Made by a program: the position numbers and the translations under genes. A DNA stretch of 64,000 bases from Promethearchaeota archaeon (GTDB lineage Archaea > Asgardarchaeota > Hermodarchaeia > Hermodarchaeales > Hermodarchaeaceae), in NCBI GenBank assembly GCA_048938385.1, contig JBHLMG010000011.1, forward strand, positions 11,975 to 75,974, given 5' to 3'. The notes below the pieces were generated by a model. It saw only the letters and a list, made by a program, of their open reading frames with translations, was not told the origin of the DNA and ran no database searches. Positions 58,368 to 64,000 of this stretch are shown piece by piece; the first letter of the stretch is position 1; every line of letters begins with the position of its first letter.

Positions 58368-59042
58368 ATGGTCCTAACAACAGCGATCTTACCGATCCGG
58401 TTTTCATTCGAGAGCAAACACCGACTCCGTAATATCTTAAACCAAACCGAGCGACAAGCAATTGTCAAGGCTATGTTGACTGATACGATTCAAGCCGTGC
58501 GCAATGCGACATTAATTGATCAATTCGTTCTACTTACGCCTGATGAAAAATTCCTCGTCGGCTCCTCTCCCCCCATATTCGAAGTCCATCACAGCCAAAT
58601 CACGGGACTCAATGAAGAACTTACAGCATATACTGAGATTTTACTTCAACAAAAAGTTCAGAATGTGCTAATCATTCTTCCCGACCTGCCTTTACTGACA
58701 GGAACGATTCTAGATGGGCTTATATCATCAGGACAACGATATCAACGCCCAGTTATTGCACCAGACTGGAAGAAATCTGGTACAAATGTCCTGTTCTTCG
58801 CTTTACCCACTCCAATACGATTTTCATTTGGATATCAGAGCCTTCAAAAACACATCGCGGGCTTCAATGCTGCAGGTTTAAAGCCAATCATCTATCATTC
58901 CATTGAAACTGCTCTAGATATTGATGATGAAGCAGCACTGCAACGCTTCTTCCTTTCTGCTAAGACAATCAAGCTATGGCAAGCAACAAGTACCTATCGT
59001 ACCTTCTGGGTGAATGAAAAAAGAATGGGGAAAGCGGCGTAA
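58368..59042 (+). CDS. cofC: 2-phospho-L-lactate/PEP guanylyltransferase (F420 biosynthesis)
   Basis: SKHRL, AML.D, GLN, DLPLL, APD....GTN, FG..S...H and LDIDD motifs. Confidence 0.85.
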   Translation: MVLTTAILPIRFSFESKHRLRNILNQTERQAIVKAMLTDTIQAVRNATLIDQFVLLTPDEKFLVGSSPPIFEVHHSQITGLNEELTAYTEILLQQKVQNVLIILPDLPLLTGTILDGLISSGQRYQRPVIAPDWKKSGTNVLFFALPTPIRFSFGYQSLQKHIAGFNAAGLKPIIYHSIETALDIDDEAALQRFFLSAKTIKLWQATSTYRTFWVNEKRMGKAA

Positions 59043-59065
59043 AAGATACACTGCTATTGTTTATG

Positions 59066-60427
59066 CTACTTCGATAGCTTCTGAAAATCGGGGTCAATAT
59101 CAGTTTTGTAAAGAATTAACGCAGCAATTATGACAAAGATCGCAAAGACCGGACCCCACAAGAAAAACCCAAAGTTAATAGGAGGAGGTCCAGGTGACAC
59201 TTGCCAAATCAGGAGAAGCCATCCTAAGAATGCAGATCCAACCGCTTGAAAGAGATTCAGTGGTAAACCTTGAAATCCTTCATACATTCCAGCCCGGGCC
59301 TTTCCACTTTCTAGTTCATCTCGTTGGGCAATATCCGCTGCTACTACATAGCGCATTAGATAAAGGACAGAGATCAAGCTGCCGAGGGGAATGCCAAAAG
59401 CAACGGCTTGACCTAGAACCGGCCCTAGCATCGGAAGCCCGAGTATCGCTGTAAAGGGAAGAACGAAGGCCAGAAGTATTAATGCTACAATGAGCGTGCG
59501 TCGTTTACCGTATCGTCGAACGATGATGGAGAGAAAGAATGGAATAATTATGAGTGCAATCAAAAAACCTATTGCACCGATAACCAGTTCAGTAGTGCTA
59601 AGGAGTAATCCGCTTTGCATCATTGGAATGATCATGCTTGTAACGGCTGAAAGAGTTAAAGACCAAAATCCAACTACTAAAATCCATTTAACATAGTTGG
59701 GGTTTTTCAGCACCGTTTTAGTTTCATCGATTATCGAACGTTGAATTGGCTGAATTCCGGATCGTGAACGTACGAAAAGAATTGATGGAAGATAAAAAAG
59801 GAAACACAGTATGCAAATTGAAGTTAGCACTATCATTCCTAGGGTCGTTGGGTAGCCAATTACAGGAATGAACAAAAGTCCAGAAATGAAGCCAAACACT
59901 ATTCCCGTACCTGTACCGATCCAGTTCGCTGTATTTTGCATCGCTCCGACATTCGGTCGTTCCTCGGGTTCAGCAATTTCTGGTAACCATGCCTGATACG
60001 CGGTTATGAGAAACGCATAGAAGAACTTGAATAACGCGAGGGTAATAAGATAATAGCTAAAGGTGAGAATTTGCCAGATGGGATCGTAAGCAGGATTAGG
60101 AGAGGAGGGAATAATCCAGTGTGGGAAGAATATTAGGAAAGCAGTAATAGCAAGAGCTGGAGCGCCAACGAAAATGAAAGGTCGACGCCGACCCCAACGA
60201 CCCTTAGTAACATCACTACGGTATCCTAAAATCCAATGCGAGAATCCGATGACAACGAAACCAAAGGCACTCGCTAGACCTGAAAAAAAGGGACTGAGCA
60301 GAAAGTAAGCGTAATAGATGTTAAGTCCAGTAAAATCCACGAATGTTAGGAGTAAAGAGGAACCTATTCGTCCCATTGCATATGAAACGCGTTTTGGATA
60401 GGAAAGCACAACTAGCACATCCTTCAA
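59066..60427 (-). CDS. MFS transporter (GPH/MelB-like)
   Basis: GYRSD....WGRRRPF and D.AQRDE..SG..RAGMY.G motifs; about 12 TM helices. Confidence 0.88.
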   Translation of the reverse strand: MKDVLVVLSYPKRVSYAMGRIGSSLLLTFVDFTGLNIYYAYFLLSPFFSGLASAFGFVVIGFSHWILGYRSDVTKGRWGRRRPFIFVGAPALAITAFLIFFPHWIIPSSPNPAYDPIWQILTFSYYLITLALFKFFYAFLITAYQAWLPEIAEPEERPNVGAMQNTANWIGTGTGIVFGFISGLLFIPVIGYPTTLGMIVLTSICILCFLFYLPSILFVRSRSGIQPIQRSIIDETKTVLKNPNYVKWILVVGFWSLTLSAVTSMIIPMMQSGLLLSTTELVIGAIGFLIALIIIPFFLSIIVRRYGKRRTLIVALILLAFVLPFTAILGLPMLGPVLGQAVAFGIPLGSLISVLYLMRYVVAADIAQRDELESGKARAGMYEGFQGLPLNLFQAVGSAFLGWLLLIWQVSPGPPPINFGFFLWGPVFAIFVIIAALILYKTDIDPDFQKLSK

Positions 60428-60625
60428 AGAAGAAGTGTAATTCAGACATTACCCAGTAAGTAGCATTTAAGATTGCAACCTTCAGCGATAATCCCTCGAA
60501 ATATCTTGTAAAGAACAAGTCAAATCAATACTTTTATTAAGTCCCTAAAATGTCGTGGTTGCCACTAGAACGGGTGAGCTATCGCTTTACATAGTAAATC
60601 CCTTTTCCTATCGAGGTTTACAATC

Positions 60626-63340
60626 ATGACAACCAAATGGGTCTATCTGTTCAGTGAAGGCAATAAGGACATGCGAGACCTCCTTGGAGGCAAAGGTGCT
60701 AACCTTGCCGAAATGACCAATGCTGGACTTCCTGTACCACCTGGATTTACCATCACTACAGAAGCTAGCATCAAGTATTTCGAAGCGGGAAAACAATTTC
60801 CCGAAGATCTTTGGAATCAAGTAATTACCGCTCTAAGAGACATCGAAAAGAAGACAGGTAAGAAATTTGGTGATCCAAAACACCCAATGTTAGTTTCGTG
60901 TCGATCTGGTGCTCGTGTATCCATGCCTGGTATGATGGACACCGTATTAAACATTGGATTAAATGCAGAAACCCTCAAAGGCTTTGCAGTCCTCATGAAG
61001 AACGAACGAGTTGCTTGGGACGCATATCGTCGACTCATTCAAATGTTTAGCAACATCGTGAAGGGTGTTGATCGCGGCCGCTTTGAAGAAATTCTTGACA
61101 AGTTCAAGGCGCGGACAGAAGGAGGCACTGACACCGATTTGACTGTACCTATGCTCCAAGAGATTTCTAACGAGTTTAAAGCAATCTACGAAAGCGAGCT
61201 AGGTGAACCTTTTCCTGATGATCCACTCGAGCAGTTAAAGCAGGCAATAGGTGCTGTCTTTGAATCTTGGTATGGCGCTCCAGCTACGGCGTACAGGAAG
61301 GCTGAAGGGCTTCCAGATGATTGGGGCACGGCTGTGAATGTTCAAACCATGGTGTTTGGAAATATGGGTGAAACTAGTGGCACAGGCGTCGCCTTTACAC
61401 GAAATCCTGCCATAGGAGATAATCAAGTCTGGGGTGAATATCTCCTCAATGCTCAAGGTGAAGATGTAGTCGCAGGGATTCGAACACCAAATCCCATCTC
61501 AGCCATGGCTGAAGAAATGCCAGAGCATTACAAAGAGTTCCTTAGAATCTGCCAAATTCTCGAAAGCCACTATCGTGACATGCAAGACATGGAATTCACC
61601 ATTGAGCGAGGAACTTTGTGGATGCTACAAACCCGAACTGGCAAACGTACCGCTCGTGCTGCAGTAAAAATAGCCGTAGACATGGTGAAAGAAGGGCTCA
61701 TCTCTAAAGAGGAAGCGCTCCTACGGGTTGTCCCTGCTCAAATCAACCAGTTCCTACATCCACGCTTTAGTCCTGACGCGGTGCAGGACGCGAAAAACGA
61801 AAGCCGATTTCTCGCCATTGGCTTGAACGCTTCACCAGGAGCTGCCTCAGGCAAAGCCATCTTTGATGCAGATCGAGCAGCAGAACAGTCCACCAGCGGT
61901 GAACCTCTCATTTTGGTTCGCCCTGAAACCCACCCTGATGATGTTCATGGTATGGTTAGTTCTCAAGGCATCCTTACTCAACGAGGGGGGATGACAAGTC
62001 ACGCTGCTGTAGTTGCTCGTGGATGGGGAAAACCCTGCATTGTAGGTGCAGAAAGCATTAAAATTGACTTAGATGGTCGTCTCTTTCGTATCGGTAAGAA
62101 AGTAATTCGCGAAGGCGACTGGATTTCGATTAATGGATCAACTGGGGAGGTTTTTGAAGGTAAAATCGCAACAATTGAACCCAACTTCGATGAAGAAACC
62201 GACCTCATTTCACTTCTAAGTTGGGCCGATGAGGTAAGGAAGCTTGGTGTTTGGACTAATGCCGATAACCCCAAAGATGCTGGGATTGCCCGTGGCTTTG
62301 GTGCAGAAGGCATCGGTTTGACTCGAACAGAACACATGTTCTTTGAAGAAGAACGCCGTCCCATTGTCGTGCAGATGATTATGTCAGACAATCTAGCTGA
62401 ACGCCGAGGTCTCTTGGACAAACTCTTACCCTTCCAGCGTGAGGATTTCGAAGGACTATTTCGCGTCATGGATGGGTGTCCTGTGATAATTCGGCTCATC
62501 GATCCACCAATGCATGAATTTCTCCCCCCCAAAGACGACCTCTACGATGAAATTTGCAAACTAAGAGTAACTTTGGAACGAACAAAGAATACATCCAAGA
62601 AGGGAGAAATCCAAAAAGAAATCTTCGATCGAGAAAAAATCCTCACAGTCGTTGAAGATCTATGGGAGGTAAATCCCATGATGGGACTTCGTGGATGTCG
62701 CGCCGGCATCATGGTGGAAGGCTTGACCGAAATGCAAACCCGCGCCATCTTCGAGGCTGCGTGCAATATGGCTAAGGAAGGAATCAAAGTATACCCTGAA
62801 GTCATGATCCCTCTTGTCAGTCATGTCAATGAGCTCGTCCTCGAACGCTTAAAACTCGAAAAAGTTGCCAAGGATGTTATGAAAGAGAAAGGCATCGAAG
62901 TACCCTACAAGTTCGGAACAATGATTGAAACCCCACGAGCGGCATTAACCGCGGGTCAAATCGCCGAATTCGCAGACTTCTATTCCTTTGGTACCAATGA
63001 CTTGACCCAGATGACTTACGGCGTCAGTCGAGACGATGCCGAGGGAAAGTTCCTCTTTGACTATGTAAAACGAGATATTTTACCTAACAACCCTTTTGAA
63101 GTGATTGATCGCGATGGAGTAGGCCAGCTTATGAAAATCGCCGTTTTACAGGGGCGAGCGGCGAAACCAGATATTGAAATTGGTGGTTGTGGTGAACATT
63201 TCGGAGAACCCAGCTCAATTGAGTTCTCTCATATCATCGGGCTCAACTATGTGAGCGCTTCTCCTTTTCGAGTTCCCATTGCCCGGTTAGCGGCAGCCCA
63301 GGCTGCTTTACAGCACGAATACGGACGTAAAACCCCTTAA
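60626..63340 (+). CDS. ppdK: Pyruvate, phosphate dikinase
   Basis: LGGKGANLAEM, RSGA..SMPGMMDT, GGMTSHAAVVAR (phospho-His), SFGTNDL and CGEH motifs. Confidence 0.98.
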   Translation: MTTKWVYLFSEGNKDMRDLLGGKGANLAEMTNAGLPVPPGFTITTEASIKYFEAGKQFPEDLWNQVITALRDIEKKTGKKFGDPKHPMLVSCRSGARVSMPGMMDTVLNIGLNAETLKGFAVLMKNERVAWDAYRRLIQMFSNIVKGVDRGRFEEILDKFKARTEGGTDTDLTVPMLQEISNEFKAIYESELGEPFPDDPLEQLKQAIGAVFESWYGAPATAYRKAEGLPDDWGTAVNVQTMVFGNMGETSGTGVAFTRNPAIGDNQVWGEYLLNAQGEDVVAGIRTPNPISAMAEEMPEHYKEFLRICQILESHYRDMQDMEFTIERGTLWMLQTRTGKRTARAAVKIAVDMVKEGLISKEEALLRVVPAQINQFLHPRFSPDAVQDAKNESRFLAIGLNASPGAASGKAIFDADRAAEQSTSGEPLILVRPETHPDDVHGMVSSQGILTQRGGMTSHAAVVARGWGKPCIVGAESIKIDLDGRLFRIGKKVIREGDWISINGSTGEVFEGKIATIEPNFDEETDLISLLSWADEVRKLGVWTNADNPKDAGIARGFGAEGIGLTRTEHMFFEEERRPIVVQMIMSDNLAERRGLLDKLLPFQREDFEGLFRVMDGCPVIIRLIDPPMHEFLPPKDDLYDEICKLRVTLERTKNTSKKGEIQKEIFDREKILTVVEDLWEVNPMMGLRGCRAGIMVEGLTEMQTRAIFEAACNMAKEGIKVYPEVMIPLVSHVNELVLERLKLEKVAKDVMKEKGIEVPYKFGTMIETPRAALTAGQIAEFADFYSFGTNDLTQMTYGVSRDDAEGKFLFDYVKRDILPNNPFEVIDRDGVGQLMKIAVLQGRAAKPDIEIGGCGEHFGEPSSIEFSHIIGLNYVSASPFRVPIARLAAAQAALQHEYGRKTP

Positions 63341-63352
63341 TGATGTGAAATC

Positions 63353-64000
63353 GTGAGATCTCCGAGAATTCGTGCAATGAGGTCTGAAGACTGGGCATCA
63401 TTCGAACTTCTCGACCAAGAAATCTTTCCCGATGACCGGCTCGAAAAAGGAGCATTTGAACGCTTTCTTCTCACCAACTCTTTCTTCGGGCTCGAAGCAC
63501 AATATGGAGAGCTTGTAGGTTATTTGAAACTCAACAGTTTTGAAAACAGGACTGGACACCTTGGTCGAATTGGCGTTGCCAGGGAGCATCAAGGGCGAGG
63601 TTTTGGTAGCTTACTTATGGATTTTGCCATCCAATGGTTTACCAAACACCATGTACACCAAATCGACCTCTACACTCAAGATTTCAACATCCAAGCACAA
63701 CGACTCTATCAAAAATTCGGGTTCAAACGAATCGGTACGACTTGGCATTACATTCTTCCTTTCGATTCTCTCCTTCCAGCAAAGGACCTTTACACTACAC
63801 AAATCATCAAAACAGATGAGATCGAACGAGTGGCTCAAACATTTTCAAACACAATGTCAGCTGCGGGTATTCGCCTGTGGTTAGAGAATGACATTGTTCT
63901 AACCTTGAAAAATCAAGAGGGGACTATCGTGGGTGCTTGTAGATTAACTCCCTCTTTTCCTGGGTGTTTCCCATTTGAACTCGATCGAGTTGATGGGCTT
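63353..64000 (+). CDS. GNAT acetyltransferase, 3' end runs off the window
   Basis: Manual translation from GTG 63353: RIRAMRSED...IGVAREHQGRGFG...N..AQRLYQKFGF. Confidence 0.85.
   Translation, partial: MRSPRIRAMRSEDWASFELLDQEIFPDDRLEKGAFERFLLTNSFFGLEAQYGELVGYLKLNSFENRTGHLGRIGVAREHQGRGFGSLLMDFAIQWFTKHHVHQIDLYTQDFNIQAQRLYQKFGFKRIGTTWHYILPFDSLLPAKDLYTTQIIKTDEIERVAQTFSNTMSAAGIRLWLENDIVLTLKNQEGTIVGACRLTPSFPGCFPFELDRVDGL

Noticed and set aside
1-64000. CRISPR array, rRNA/tRNA, IS elements, provirus
   Set aside because: I saw no spaced direct repeats, cloverleafs, transposase/integrase or virion genes, and the intergenic gaps are short.

Overview
This is a gene-dense archaeal chromosome segment of about 45% GC. 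An Asgard lineage is inferred from the archaeal CODH/ACS, HdrA-MvhD, Fwd-like subunits, CofC and PPDK, together with a Rab-like GTPase fold and a RING domain. The left part (1-40 kb) is accessory: surface proteins, a 2304-aa C25 peptidase, a PadR-BtrH-GyrI operon beside AlkD and YcaQ-type glycosylases, a TM-STAND-TPR protein, ABC exporters, Fpg/Nei and small metal-binding proteins. The right part (40-64 kb) is a Wood-Ljungdahl/redox locus containing cdhABCD, cooC, fwdG-fwdB-like, hdrA-mvhD, fwdF-like, fwdD-like, cofC and ppdK. The strongest observations are: (1) the FwdB and FwdD homologs have both lost their tungstopterin/catalytic residues while the Fe-S wiring is kept; (2) a beta-propeller-TM-zinc ribbon-RING receptor-like protein; (3) a probable genotoxin-resistance cluster with a clear tandem PadR operator; (4) a Rab-like pseudo-GTPase; (5) an Fpg gene that needs a CTG start codon; (6) a candidate structured ncRNA; (7) an unannotated 58-aa, 10-Cys desulforedoxin-like gene. 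I saw no rRNA, tRNA, CRISPR array or transposase. All family calls come from motif recognition by eye, not from database searches.
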